Shown here: piece after piece, positions 1 through 27,790 of the stretch
Position numbering within the stretch: the stretch's first letter is position 1
Layout: every line of letters begins with the position of its first letter
Assembly (NCBI GenBank): GCA_963693365.1
Contig: CAVNZM010000012.1
Span: 806,001 to 870,000, forward strand
Length of the DNA: 64,000 nucleotides
Origin: Amoebidium appalachense
Lineage: Eukaryota > Protista > Ichthyosporea
Direction: 5' to 3'
Position numbers and translations under genes: made by a program
The notes under the pieces: model-generated
What the model was told of the DNA's origin: nothing
Databases searched by the model: none
Seen by the model: only the letters and a program-made list of their open reading frames with translations

Positions 1-265
1 AAGAACAAGCATTGCCGTTAGTTAGAAGAACAAGTATTACTTAAAGCTTCAGTTTCAGGTGTCCCCCCCCCCCCCCCCCTCCCCCCCCCCCCCCCCCCCA
101 AAAAAAATAGAAAGAAGGAAAGAAAACGGGGGGGAAAGAAGCTCCTGCCCAACTGCCAACATGGTGTAAAGGTGCCCGTGCAAACGAAAGGGCACAGGGG
201 CATATGCCTTGCACAGTGTGAAGAACGTTTCTCCAGGTACAATTTCCCGGTGCCTGCATGTTTGT

Positions 266-355
<90 letters not shown>

Positions 356-829
356 AAACACGTGTCCTGCAACCGTGAAAGTGAATGTCGTCCTGTGTGT
401 CGTGTGTGTGTGCGTGTGTGCGTGCAGACACACTTAAATCACGTACTAGCATATGGTGTGTGTGTGTACGACCATGCAGGCAACTATGACATCAGTGAGT
501 GAGATGTTAAGAAACTAAAAAATTGGTCGAGGTGTTTGAGTAGAAAGCGGAGAAAGCTGATCGCGTCACCAGATAAGCTTCCCCCCCCCCGCAACCTCTC
601 TCCTCTCTCCTCCCCATCTCCCCTGCCCCTCTCTGTCCCTGCCCCCCCCCCCCCCTCCCCCCCCCTCCCCCCCCCCCCCCCTCCCCCCCCCCCCTGCCCT
701 CCTCCCGCCTCCCCCTTACCAAACCCGCTCGTGGTGTACATACACAGTTACACCAAACCACCCACCCATCAACACACATTCTTCTTCCCCACCACCTCCA
801 CAAACCAATCAACCCCAGACACCACCCAC

Positions 830-1348
830 CTTGAACGCTGCGTGTAGCAATCCACGAATGCAGGGCCGACAGGACGGCCGGCCCCGACTCTGTGTTTGTC
901 AGCACCAAAGAGTACACCTGCGCCTTGCGCTTCAAGCCCTTCTTCGCCTGCAAAATAGACACCGTGCGAATGAATAACAAAACAGCTATACACACCTATC
1001 AGCATCCATACAGCATTTATACATAAGAACGGGCACAACACGTAGATAGTGTATGTGAACGTGCATGCTATTGTGTGGGTACATAAGTGGATGGGCGTGC
1101 GTGTGCTGGGTTGCCATGCATTCGTTTGTGCCAAGTGCTCAGGCGCGCTCTGCACATGTTGGGTCAGTATCCTGTGGCCGTAAACAGGATGTCAAGCACC
1201 TGTCCACGGCTCACGAGAAAAAGGATCAGCCCCTTGTAGGGTGGGGCAGTGGGGTTTGGGTGAAAGGAAAGGCACCTAGCCACTTAGGGAGAAAGGGAGA
1301 TGAGAGGGAGGCGGAAGGGAAGAGTGGGTGTAGGTGTGGGGAGGGGAG

Positions 1349-1380
<32 letters not shown>

Positions 1381-1686
1381 GAGGGGGGGGGGGGAGGGGG
1401 GGGAGCTTTCGAACAGACCTCCATGGTGTGAACGAGCAAACGGTCAGCCTTGGTCTCTGCACCGTACACATCATACCATGCCAGGTCCAGAAGCCCTATT
1501 TTGTCTGCGCAAAAAAAGTGAGAAACCACCAAATAAAAAAGGTGCGAGCGTTTGAGTCACTTCTCAGAGGGTTGGTTAGCAGCTCAAACTTCTAGTTATG
1601 TTCTCACTGGAGTGTTAACTGAGTGTGCCACGTAATCTTGCAAAGATGCAAAACTAAATCTTTGCCCATTCAAATCCCCCCCGCCG

Positions 1687-1752
<66 letters not shown>

Positions 1753-2120
1753 ACCCTCTTTAGCATCCCCCCCCCCCCCCCCTCCCCCCCCCTTTCCCCT
1801 CCCTCCCTCCCCTCCAACAAACACACACACACGCAAAAACACTCACCACCAGTAGCAAACAGAAGAAAAAACAAACGACAAGGGAAAAAAGAGAAAAGAC
1901 GCAAAACTCCCACTGGGGAAGCCCCTGGCTATATGCACATGTGAGGTGGGAACAAGCACCCGGTATGCTGTCATACCCGTTGTTAAGACATCAGAGTTGC
2001 TGAGAACAACTTACCATCTATAACGAGAGACAAAGCATCGTGCGTCAGTCGCATTTGGTAGGATGCACCTTTGAAAACCACGTCGGCAGTATAGAGAACG
2101 TCCGAGTCCGGCTTGCCCAT
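830..2120 (-). CDS. 5' exons of a spliced gene that probably runs off the left edge; N-terminus is PH-like, possibly sphingosine/ceramide kinase family
   Basis: Phase-consistent GT-AG exons 2120-2015, 1504-1419 and 947-830 give MGKPDSDVLYTADVVFKGASYQMRLTHDALSLVIDDKIGLLDLAWYDVYGAETKADRLLVHTMEAKKGLKRKAQVYSLVLTNTESGPAVLSALHSWIATRSVQ. Downstream exons are unresolved. The family call is only a pattern resemblance. Confidence 0.55.
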
Positions 2121-3844
2121 TTTCAACAGATAAAAATAATAAAAAAAACTACGGAAGGGGATGGCGGTAGAACAGGAATGTCACAGTAAAAAATGGAAGC
2201 GGAGGAAAAGTGCCGAAGCCACGTTAAGTAACTGCTCAAGTTATTCACGTTATTTACAGTTGCATTATGATAGTCTGAGGATTCACGAAGGCTTTTTCAC
2301 TCTAGTCCCCGGCTTACACCGGGAGGGGTAATACCAAGTTACACAAGCGCAAGCCTAACTCTGCGCTCAGAAGACTCAAGATGATCAAAAAACAGTGAAG
2401 ATTGCACGGGGAACCGACCGTGACGTCACATATGTAGAATTAGCGGCTTCAGTAAAAAAGTGTAAGCTGATTTTTATGCACTTTAAAATGCTTGAGATGT
2501 TCTAAAAATCACATTAAAACATTATTAAACGCATGCGATTAGCTATCACTGTGATAGAGGAAAAACGTTTGTTGACGTTTTCTTGCCGGTATCCTATAGA
2601 ATCAATTTTAGATTCTTTTGCCCGATTGGTTTACGTCGCCCAATGGGGCTGTCAGTACCGGTTTTAGATTAGATCATATATTTTTGGTACTGTACCAAGG
2701 TGCTGCGAGCACCGGCGCTAGCGCAAAAACACACGCACGTGAACCGTAAACCGTGACATGCGGCCCGTAGTACCCACACACCACAACGTCGACCAGAACA
2801 TGTCACCTGACAACATTCCCCTTCCCTCTCTTTCCCCTCCCCCTGTGGCACACGCACACACACACCACACGCGCACACGGACGCACACATGCACAGACAT
2901 GCGTGTCAGGCGCACACACCATCCCATGGCGTGCACACACACACACAAACACACACACACACACACATGAACATACATACACGCACGCGCGCGCACACAC
3001 ACACACACACAAAAACACATGCACACTCAAACTCAGTCTATACACACACCGACCAGACACACGCATACACACCGGACACACACACTGGCACACAGGCACA
3101 CGCAAGCGCGCGCACACGCCCTGCATACGCACAAACTCAGACACTCACACAAAAAAAAACACAAGCATGCAACACACACGCGCATTTGAATACACGAATG
3201 CACAAGTTGAAAACACACACACGCACACGCACGCACGCACACGCACATAATGTACACCACACAATCCAACATACTTGTGTAACGTTAACCAGCACTATTT
3301 CAATTTATGGCCAGTAAACACCTGATATGTACATAAGCACGCATCACATAGTGCTGTAAACCTATTTAGTCAACTCAGATATGCAAGGAACTACAATTTA
3401 CACTATTGTACATAAATCCAGCTATTGATCAGCCGTATATATATCTGCCTGTTATCCAAACTTGGCAACGTGATCACTCGAGTGCATGACAATTAACGAA
3501 TCATACCATCTAACCCGAACCAATAAAACTGTATCGCACGTTTGATACGTTTTAAACGTGCTAAATGAGCCTTTGAATGTGTCTGCTTGCCTTCATCCCA
3601 TATACCGCAGTTTTATCTGAATTGCCACTTGTAGGCATCATCCATGAGTCTAACGTAAGCACACATTTGTTTCTCCACAGCGAGCGTCTGCAAAAAACAA
3701 CCAATGAATGCCCACAGCAATCACCCATCGTCATAACCTTTGCAATGCCCTATTCTATTTTCCACCAGTCAGCATCCCTATCACTCCTGCAATTTCTTGC
3801 TCGCCTTAGTGAATACCCTTCCACCAAATAAGGTAATACATATA

Positions 3845-8436
<4,592 letters not shown>

Positions 8437-9275
8437 CCTCTTAGTGACAGACTTAAAGCCGTTTTTTTTCCCACTGATTTCCAGGGAGGGGGAGCTTAGT
8501 GGGGGGGGGATATAAACGAAAAGCCCTAAAAAACGAAAACTTAGAGCGCGTTGCAGAGCGCGGGCCTAAAAAAAGTGCCTAGCTAAGCCTTGATAGTAAA
8601 CAATGCGTACACCACTCTGACAAAAGTCATGCTTTCTTTTACCTTCCCTCTTTGTGTTCGAACTTCTGCAGCTGAACTTTTCACTCCTCTCCTCTCTACT
8701 CTGTAAACAGAGATTACGTAACAGCTGAATAAGTAACCGACCCGAAACGAATTCGGGTCACGAATGATGATTCGAGTCGACGTAAGGATTCGAATCGTCA
8801 CCCTGTTTGCGCGATGATCACCGTGGGCCAACTTTGACTCAAGCCAAACTGGCCAAAACGAACTGTGAAAGACTTAGTAATTAGGCATATGCCATGTAGT
8901 TGTGTGTTATATGAATAGCTGGTTGGGAAAATAAAGAAGCTCACAGGGAGCAAGTTTGATAGGCTCTAAGTGAGACAAACGCCGAATATCATAGATATAT
9001 ACAACCTTTGAGTTCAAGACAACGGAGCTGCCGTCTTTCCTGCCCTACCCAACGCACACAGGATTCAAATTTGGGAGATCTAGAGTTTGTTAATATTGAA
9101 TAAGCTATCAAAACAAAGCAATGCACAGACCTTCTAACCATTGAGTAGGTGAATAACATTTTGATCTCCTTAATTTCACACAGAGCAGGTTTTGCTCTAG
9201 CCCTCAGCCACTCACTTCTCATAACGGGATCTCATTCCTCCCATGTAGCTTGTTGGGGGTTGGAGGAGAAAGAGT

Positions 9276-16594
<7,319 letters not shown>

Positions 16595-17556
16595 TACACC
16601 CTCTCCCCTTAATACTTGAGAGTTTCTCCTTCTGGTTCGTTTATTGGACCACCCCATCCCTTCGTGGACCAGTCTGTTTCTTCTTCAGTAGTCCCCCTTT
16701 TCTTGATTTGGTGGGTGGGTGTGGATTATATATGTATGTGCGTGTTAGTGTGTGTGGAATCCCTCTCGGACTCTCTTGAATACATGCCTTCTCCCCCCCC
16801 CCCCCCCCCCTCTCCCTTCTTCCGCCGACGGGACGTGACACGCACATACATGCACATACACACACACGTTTTGGGGAGGGGCTTAGAAACCAACAGACTA
16901 CACGTGTAAGTGTGGTTGCAGATTTGCGAATGGTATGTTGCCTGAACGTGTATCATGGGTGCTTGGTAGTGATCCTCTGAATTGATATACCTTTTGAATG
17001 ACTAAATATAGTAGGGGGGTTAACTAAATGTAGGAGGGAGGGTTTTGGGAAAGCCCCGTTTTGCCCTTATGCTGATATTAAATTTGGTATTCACTTGGGG
17101 GAGCGGTGGGGAGGGACTGAATGGTAATTTTCGCAGTTGAACAAGTTGAACCCACGACATAGCAGTTATGTGTGTTCGTATTGGTGTAATATGATCTGAG
17201 CTACAGCTGTTAGGGGGCCGATTAGACCTCTCTGTAGGCCGTCCTGTTTTTAGGCTATCGGTACATGAATGAAATATAACGGCCACATATGATTGGCTGC
17301 CATGGAAAAGAAAAGTAGGTGGTCACATAGATGATCTCCATACACATCCATTTGCAATAAATGATTTTAAAGTGTAACGTGCGTAGGATAGGGTTGTGAT
17401 GTGATTCAATTGTCCATTACAACAACCACGTGTGACTTCTCGCTGGTGAATCTCTGGACTGGCTACAGTATTCGTCTCCGGATGCAAAAGAATTTCACCC
17501 GACAGCCCCGGCCCAAAAGGGGATTATGTATCCAAAGCTGCAAAAGCAAAAAAATG

Positions 17557-17627
17557 TGCGCAAGCCGGGAGTCGAACCCGGGACACCTGCTTGGAAGGCA
17601 AGCATGTTACCGTTACACCACTTACGC
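17557..17627 (-). tRNA. tRNA-Gly (anticodon TCC)
   Basis: GCGTAAGTGGTGTAACGGTAACATGCTTGCCTTCCAAGCAGGTGTCCCGGGTTCGACTCCCGGCTTGCGCA folds as a cloverleaf; B box GTTCGAC; T7 Pol III terminator directly downstream. Confidence 0.95.
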
Positions 17628-18093
17628 GTTACATTAGTCTTGTTCAAACTTGCATTGTCACAAGTACCCTTCAATTTGAGCCTTAACTTGACAACATCCA
17701 TGGGCTTAGTATCGTGACGCATTACTACTATTATGATAGTCGAATGGTTGAAGGGAAATCCAACCTGTGCATGAGAGCACGTCTTAAAAATTCAACTGAA
17801 GGTCTTCGCTAAGCTCATCCATAGATAGAAGCTTACAGAGCAAAACTGGTTTCTGTAGATCTAGATCATTAATGTCAAGGTTTTGCCTTTTGCATTCAAT
17901 GATTACGTCCATTTGCAATAATTAAAGTACGTGCGTAGAGTAGGATAGGGTTGTGGTGTGATTCAATTGTCCATATGTAACAACAACATGTGCATCTACG
18001 TAACTCGGTTGGTGAATCTCCCTTGTTAGTACGTCTCCTAATTGCTAAAGTGCACGTGCAAGTGTGTTTTCAAAGCTGCAAAAGCAAAAAGTG

Positions 18094-18164
18094 TGCGCAA
18101 GCCGGGAGTCGAACCCGGGACACCTGCTTGGAAGGCAAGCATGTTACCGTTACACCACTTACGC
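18094..18164 (-). tRNA. tRNA-Gly (anticodon TCC), identical second copy
   Basis: Same 71-nt sequence as 17557-17627, followed by a T5 terminator. Confidence 0.95.
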
Positions 18165-19601
18165 GTTACATTTTTCCGAATAACAAACAGTTACTAATGA
18201 ACAGAGCCTTCCCCCTATGATCAAAATGGACTAGGTATGTGACAATATGGGCTTACTAGTATGATGCATATTAATAATATTAGTGGGGCTGATGTAAACA
18301 AACCTGACATGATGTGCCCATTATAGCGCCCAAATCTAGCAAATAGAAAGCATGCGCACGTCCTAGAACTCCAGGTCGGCCGCGGCTGCCAGAGGCCTCG
18401 AGCTCATGCGTGTTCATTGCATATGCATCATCTCGCATCTGCTCAAAAGATGCTTCTGTTTGTTGAGCCATCGTAAACTCAACTATTTAAGGCACCTCGA
18501 GAAGAAGAAATGGTTGTTTTGAGCTTGCTGTGTGTGTGTGTGCATTTGGTGAAAGAAGCAGGCTACCATCTCAGAGAAAACCTTGCACCATTGAATGTAA
18601 CGAAAGTTGGGTCCAGGTCTGTACCAGGTCGCGAAATATCCGACTTCCTTGTCAATGACTCATCGGACACTCTAGCCTGAATACTACAGCATAATGATGT
18701 GAGATGATAGGTTGCTGTCAGAAAGTTGACGTTTAAAGTGCAAATTAAATTTTGTTTATTCAAAACATTTTAAATATCACTTACAGCTTTTCTTTCACGC
18801 CCGTTGCGTCACCGGAGATAATTTTGAGCCCCCATCTGAAAAAAGAAATGTTTTCTTATTATTATATCACCTTTTTCAGTTTTCAACATACTATTACATA
18901 GTATTCGACCAGCAGGAAAATCTGTTTTCCTAAGATATATCGTAAGATAAAGCACTTAAAGAAAATTACAGGAAAGTCTCAGATAACCAGTGAAGTGTCA
19001 GAGGACCCAGAGGCAGAGGGACAGCTTTTCTATTAATTATTTCGAGACATGGAAAAATTGTAAGATTGATGCTTAATGGACCCCTCATCTCATCTTTGCT
19101 GGATAAGGAACCAACCACATTGCTTCCCTCTGGAAGAGAGGCAAATATAATGCATTGCTGGGAGTGACCGGCCCCTGGGTCACTCAGAAAACAGGGAGAG
19201 AGGAAACAGATATATAGATGGTGCACCACGAACTAGCCCGCAAAATTTATAGCATATGTTCAAAAGTTTATAAAAATCAGACGCAACTCGATTAACTGTG
19301 GCAATATAAACAAATTAGGATTACTGAATTCAAAGTACTTTATGGGTCGCGCTTCTAAACATTTTACCCTCACTCAGGGAGGTGAGCCCCCATCGTTTGC
19401 CCCAGTGACTGAATGAAGGTGACTTTGTCACTGTGCAACTTCGAACACTTCGAATTTGAATTCAGCTTGAGTCAAATTTGAACAGTTTCCCAGCCTTCTT
19501 CTAGAACTATACTAATCTTCGTGTTTGTAGGTGCAGGGCCTTTTCTCATTACAAGTACTATAGCCCTTCTTAAAAGAAACAAAAAAAGGATATAGATTAA
19601 G

Positions 19602-21453
<1,852 letters not shown>

Positions 21454-21969
21454 GTACGTGCTTGCCCTCCCTCCCCCCCCTCCCCCCCCCTTCCCACTAG
21501 GCGCCATCCCCCCCCCCCCCCCCCCCCCCGGTCTCTTGCCCCCGACACACACACACATGCGCATACACACAAACATACACACACACACCCAGACCATCTG
21601 GTCACGACCCCCCCCCCCCCCCCCCCCCCCCCCTCCATACCCCCCCCCCCCCACACACACACACATATACCCAACCCCTCTAGTCGCACACGTGCATGTT
21701 GTCCACACGCTTACTTCAGCCCCGGCCACCTACCCCACCTGCCGGACCTGCCCCCCCCCTGTGCCTTTAAAGGCCAGCACACGGCAGCTCTTGGCCCCCA
21801 GCAAGCAGACACCAACACCCGCCACAGAGCCCCTGTATGTGCAACCCCTCCCCCCTCCCTACCAGGAGATGTGATGTTTGCCCCCCCCCCCCCCCCCCCC
21901 CCCCCCCACCTACCCACCTCCCTTCCTCCGTCCGCCCCCCCCCCCCCCCCCCCCCCTCCCCAAAGAGGG

Positions 21970-22003
<34 letters not shown>

Positions 22004-22224
22004 CACCACACACTGGGCCCCTCTACCCCTATACATCCCTGCCCCGTTACATTCTCTTGCTGGCGTGGCACGCACATCAACCTTAAACACACCGATTAAA
22101 CAAAAAGAAACGATGCTGGCATGTTCATGGTTATTGGTTTTTGTTCTTGTTTATTTCCGACTGTTAATGTGAGAACTATTTTGTGATTGTTGTTTTGTGT
22201 TTTCCGTGTTTTCTTTTGGGGGTT

Positions 22225-22255
<31 letters not shown>

Positions 22256-22890
22256 GGGGGGAGGGGGGGGGGGAGGGGAGGGGGGGGAGGGAGGGGGGAG
22301 GATGATATTGTTAAGCAGTTTTGTAGCCGGAACGTGTATGAGTTGAGGTTGCGGTGTGTGTGTGTTGGAGGGGGAGGGGGGGGGGGGAGGGGGAAGTGTT
22401 GTTAACCCAAGTATTTGTTAGTTCACGTGGAGCATGTCTGTGTGTTCCCCCCCCCCCCCCCCCCCCCTTCCCCTCCCTCCCTCCCTCCCCCTTTTTTTTT
22501 TCCGGTTTGTTTCACGGTGGTGGTGTGTAGTGTATTTGGGAGCAATGGGCTTTTCTTTTTTTCTTTTTTTTTTTTTTTTGCCCGGGGGGGGGGGGGGGGG
22601 CTTGAACTCTAAGCTTGCTGTTGTGTTCATACAGACCAAACTACTCAAAAGCACAACCGAAAGAGCAGTCAGTCAGTGGTGGGGTGGAGGATGGAAAAGA
22701 TGGGCTGGACACACTGAAAAAACAGAAGCAGAAGGGCATCACCCCCCTCCCTTCCCCTTCACTCTCCCTCCCCTCCCTCCCATGGGGGGGGGGGGGGCAA
22801 GCCTCAGGCTGTGACTTCCTGTCAGAAAACATTCAATGGGTGGATGCAACAGGTGGGGGTGGGGATGGCCGGGGTGATGGTGGTTGTGTG

Positions 22891-22925
<35 letters not shown>

Positions 22926-23117
22926 AGAGGGAAGAGGGATTTGTGGTGGAGGACACGGTTACCGTATTGGTGATGGTGGGAGGGGACAAGGTCTTGGTCT
23001 CGGAGAGGATTGGAGGGGAGGGAGGGGGGAGGAGAGAGAGAGAGGGGAAGGGGGGGGGGATCTCAGGTTGCCTTCCATTTTACGAATTGGAAACCCAGGA
23101 AAGATTAGAAATACATC

Positions 23118-23150
<33 letters not shown>

Positions 23151-24164
23151 CCCCCCTCCCCCCGGGTGGCGGTGGATCTGGTGGTGGGGGTTCATGCAAT
23201 ACTACTAGGTATAGGTAGTGGTGCTGGTGGCCGAGGCCTAGGAGTGATGGTTGGGGAGGGGGCAGAGGCTTCTTTTTTGTTTTATCCGTTTTGTTCGCGG
23301 GGGGCCTTCCGAAATGCCAAATCGGCCCAGTTACCGTGTATAGGGGTGGCCATGTATAGGGTTGAGACTTTAGCGGCCGCACGAACTCTTTAATACGTCA
23401 TATCCCTTGCACGGTCATTGGTGGATCTAGGATGAAAATCGAGCCACCAAGCACGCCAGTTGGCAGGCTTCATAGAATTGGTGGGCAGTGACATAATGAT
23501 TATCAGGTGTTTGTATTAACACCGCCAAATAGATAAAAACAAGATGCAATTACTTTTGGCACCCTTACCCCCCCCCCCCCCCCCCCCCCCCCCCCAACTC
23601 CCCCAGTTCCCGGCCGTTAGCCCCCCCCCTCCCTTCCCCCTCGTCCTCCCCTCCCCTCCCTCCCTCTCCCTCCCCTCCCCCCCCCCCCCCCCCCCCCCCT
23701 CCCACCCCCCGAGGCCTATAATTATTTACGTGTTATAGTGGGGTCACGTGGGTTTCGAAGCGATTTTGCACTATACACCCCCCCACTTCCCCCCGGCCCA
23801 CCTCTCCCACTCGAGCCCCCTCTCCCCTCCTCCCCTCCCCCCTCCCCCCCCTCCCCCCCACCTCCCCACCCCCCCCCCCGGCCTATGCCATATGCCTGGT
23901 GCCACATCATTACTGTGATGATTTCTGATATCAGAGTCCCTCTGAGTCTCCGCAGCGCCCATATAATGACGAAAGTGTTTCCCTGGAAATCTACCTTACA
24001 TACGGTTCCAGCTCCGACTGAAGATCAGTTTGTCTCGAAGACCTGTAAATATAATGATGGTTTTCCAAGCTGTGTGGGCAAAGGGCACATAACATGACAC
24101 CATCAAACCCCTAAACTGGTTCAAACAAGTTAACCGTTATAATGACGCAATCATATCCGATTCG

Positions 24165-24712
24165 GCAGAATCAACTCGCTTCGAGCAGATTACAGAATAA
24201 TTCTGATTTTTGCAGATTTAGTCTGCAAAAATCAGAATTATTCTGTACCGGAAGCAGAATTCATGATTCTGCAATGAGCAATGCTTTTGAAGCAGCATTA
24301 TTATGCAAAGGGCTGGATTCGAAAGGTAGATTTTTCAGCAAAAACTAAGAATAATTTTGCTCTGAACAGGATTGTTCTACCTTGAGCAGAATTATTTTGC
24401 AAAAAGCAGGACTACACTGCAAAAAGCAGGATTATCATGCAAAATGCAGAATCAGTCGGCCCATAGCAACAGAATATACTTGCGCCAAACAGCATAATCC
24501 TGCATTTTGCATAGCGGAATAATTCTGCTTTGCAGAATATTTCTGATTAATATTCAAATACTTCTGCTGATCTGCTTTTTGCAGAGCGGAATAATTCTGA
24601 TTTTGCAGGATAATTCCGATTACTCTGCTAATCTGCTTTTTGCAGAGCGGATTACTTCATCTTTTACAGAATAATTCTTATTAAGCAAAATAATTCTGAT
24701 CTGCTTTTTGCA
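24165..24712. repeat. Array of ~13 palindromic CAGAATWATTCTG motifs including a perfect 26-bp inverted repeat
   Basis: TACAGAATAATTCTGATTTTTGCAGA-TTTAG-TCTGCAAAAATCAGAATTATTCTGTA at 24191-24247; motif variants recur with TTTTGCAG linkers to ~24700. Confidence 0.85.
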
Positions 24713-25142
24713 CACACAACAACACACAGCTCATAGTTAATTGATGTGTGTATTAGTGTGTGTAACTAGTTAATTAGTTAATTCTGCTGGTGTGGGGCCC
24801 TGGCACGAAGGAATGCAACGGCACCACAGTGTGTGTAACTAGTTAGTTAGTTAATGCTGCTGATGTGGTTAGGCCCTTACAATGACGTACAGTACCGTGC
24901 ATACCGTTGGGTCTCCTAATACCAACATGTTGGTATGTAGCAGGAGTCCTTGCAATGCATACATGGACTGCATGTACCGACTTTTGTTCGAAACGGTTTC
25001 GTCACCCCCCTCCCCCACCCAATTGCAATATACACACACAAACACACACAACACACACACACACGCACACGCACACGCACACGCACACGCACACGCACAC
25101 GCACACGCACACACACGCACACACACACGCACACGCACACGC

Positions 25143-25182
<40 letters not shown>

Positions 25183-25343
25183 TTTCGTCACCCCCTCCCC
25201 CGCCCCCCGTGCATTACTGCTTGAAAGAAAGACATTATATTAGACCGCTAGTCTTGTGGTGATCATCCTTGGGCTTGCGGCAATCCAAAATTCTCCAAAA
25301 GCTTGGGTGCATGCATATGCACAAAAACAACAAAAAAAAAGTT

Positions 25344-25414
25344 TGCGCAAGCCGGGAGTCGAACCCGGGACACCTGCTTGGAAGGCCAGCATGTTACCGT
25401 TACACCACTTACGC
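25344..25414 (-). tRNA. tRNA-Gly (TCC), third copy with an anticodon-stem mismatch
   Basis: Identical to the other two except CTGGC instead of CTTGC in the anticodon stem, giving a G-A mismatch; T9 terminator present. Confidence 0.85.
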
Positions 25415-25588
25415 TTACGTCACATGCCATCTATATTCGCTAACAGACCTGTAGTTGTCTGTGCCGGGGCCGCTTCTTAATTATAACGGTCGACCTTCAA
25501 AGCTCCGTGATTGAAACCCCCTTGCCCAAGCCCCATTCGAACTTTCGGCCCGGGCCCCTGCACCTCTCCTTCGAGGAGCCCCCCCCCC

Positions 25589-25619
<31 letters not shown>

Positions 25620-25627
25620 AGGGGGGG

Positions 25628-25811
25628 TTGAATGCGGAACACGGTACGAAGTACGCATACACGAAGGACACATGCAAAGGCAAACATTCAAGTATGTAAC
25701 ATCAGCCATGCGCACAGTATGCGTCATAAGCAGAGCCCATCCTCAGGGAGGGCCCAAGTCATCAATTGCGTCTGAGTTTCTACCCCTTAGCCCGCGTATA
25801 TACGACTCTCC
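25628..25811 (-). mobile_element. Poly(C)-flanked dispersed element, young copy (~184 bp) with a 15-bp internal deletion
   Basis: G run, then TTGAATGCGGAACACGGTACGAAGTACGCATACACGAAGGACACATGC...TATACGACTCTCC; the deletion is shared with the 51007 copy. Confidence 0.85.
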
Positions 25812-26484
25812 GGGGAAACTTTATCACACTGCAGCCTTGTATTGTACAAGTGCCTTTGTCCATGCGTGGCAGCGAGTGTATATATTACGATGTAAGTGTA
25901 ACATCGATTTTTTACATGTATATCTTATTGGGTGGAAGTACTCTTGGCCTTGGTGTTGACAACTCATCACAGCTCTCGCCTACATGTCGCTAATTAACAG
26001 CACATTCTCCTCATATAATGATTTGTGCATGTGCGTGTCCATTCATATGGCAGTGGTGCATACGTGCAAAGCCATGTGAATTACGCACGTGCATATCTGG
26101 CTGGGGGGATGCAGGGACAAATGTGCTTTGATCATTCAATTATTACTTCCGGATCGGTCTGTGTAGCCTACAGAAGAAAGAAAAACATCAGAGTAGACGT
26201 GACCATTAATCGGTGATTATCGAACGAAACCCATATTATCTATGCGAAATACGATTTGTCTAACAAATATAAAACCTGCATGTCTATGTGAATCATATCT
26301 ACCCGTCATTATACCTAGTTATGCTCCGTCCGACATTCCATACCGGTAGGAGCAAACCCAACAGTTCAGACAGTACCATATTCCAGAGCAATTGATACTA
26401 TCTAGCTCTATTCCCCCCCCCCCCCCCTCTCCAAACAAAAGGAAATAACATTATGCGTTCAACGCTCTAGACCTTAGCCAGCAG

Positions 26485-26530
<46 letters not shown>

Positions 26531-26672
26531 ACACACACACTCACCAACCACCCGCAGGCTGTATACACCCTTGCACTTAATCTCCGTACACACGCATACA
26601 CAGTCGCAGCTAACCCATCCCCCCAGCCCCCCCCCTCCTCCCCCCCCCCCCCTCCCCCCCATATCCGTCAAC

Positions 26673-27055
26673 CTATTTAGGCAATTCAGTCGACTTCCCC
26701 ATCCTATCGTGGTCCTTGGCCATCATCTCCTGTCTGCGCACCATCGTATACGCCATAGATCCCCCTAGAACGATCGCAATCGACAACTGCCCCAGGGTCG
26801 TAATCGGATTTTGGTAAATGTAGAGTGCAATTAGTGTCTGGGCCGCCGCTTTTGCCGTGCCCGAAATGTTGTGGGTCAGGGGGGACGTGCATTGGATCTG
26901 ATAGGCTGTTGCTAGGCCGATGCTCACTCCCAGCAGTCCCCCTAGAGTCATCATGGTCCAGTAGGATAGCGAGTAGATGTGGGGGGACGCTAGGATGATC
27001 GGCACCTGAAAATTAGGGGGGGGAGAGGGGTTAGGTTAATCGTGTGCAAGGAAAT

Positions 27056-27101
<46 letters not shown>

Positions 27102-27679
27102 GGGGGGGAGGCGGGTCGGATGACCTACAGAGAGTGGAGAGGAATGGGGGGGGGAGGGGGGGTAAGTGAGGGAGGGCGAGGGGAGGTAGGGGGGAGGAGA
27201 TAGGGTAATCGTAGAGAAGTTCAAAAGAAAGTGAAACAGAGGGAGGGTATGGGAGCCTCCCCTCCATCTGCCAACCCACCCCCCCCCCTTTCTCCCAGTC
27301 TCCTTCCCTCATCCACCATCCCTCCCACCCATCCCAGGTGTCAATTTCTATGCTCTCCATGTGGGGAGCATGTCCAAGCGTGAAGCGTCGGGCAAGTGAG
27401 CACACGTGTTTATGTGTGTGTGTGTGGAAGCAAAGGCGCAGGTGTATGTGTCTGGCGGTACACACCAAGTGAGGATGTGTGTCTTGCCTTCATTCACAAC
27501 AAACAGAGCTTTGGGGGCAGGCGGGGTGAAGAAGGGCAGGCAGGGGCAGGACACGGGGGGGAGGGGGGAGGGGGGGCTGTGTTTGCGTGGGTGCATGTGT
27601 ATGTGTGTGTTCGGTGACGAACGGACGGGAAGGTATGTGTTGGCACCCAATGTGTGTTTGCCGAGGGAATTTTTTTTTT

Positions 27680-27729
<50 letters not shown>

Positions 27730-27759
27730 GGGGGAGAGAGAGAGAGAGGAGGGGAAGGG

Positions 27760-27790
<31 letters not shown>

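Larger units (their letters stand above)
17347..18280. repeat. Diverged tandem duplication (~540-560 bp period), each unit carrying a tRNA-Gly gene
   Basis: TCCATTTGCAATAA..ACGTGCGTA..GGATAGGGTTGTG.TGTGATTCAATTGTCCA..GGTGAATCTC..CAAAGCTGCAAAAGCAAAAA-tRNA..ATGGGCTTA occurs at both ~17347 and ~17908. Confidence 0.8.

Noticed and set aside
17785-18471. Short coding-looking - strand ORFs (MDVIIECKRQNL..., MAQQTEASFEQM...) around the tRNAs
   Set aside because: No consistent splice path or recognisable domain, and the reading frame is not conserved in the duplicate unit.
24165-24712. CRISPR-like array, or heat-shock/STAT elements
   Set aside because: No unique equal-length spacers and no cas genes; the spacing is GAA-N3-TTC, neither HSE (GAA-N2-TTC) nor STAT (TTC-N3-GAA).
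24755-24877. ~76-bp-period duplication of AGTGTGTGTAACTAGTTA..; similar small duplications at 51895-51990 and 62525-62585
   Set aside because: Ordinary local slippage duplications with no further structure.
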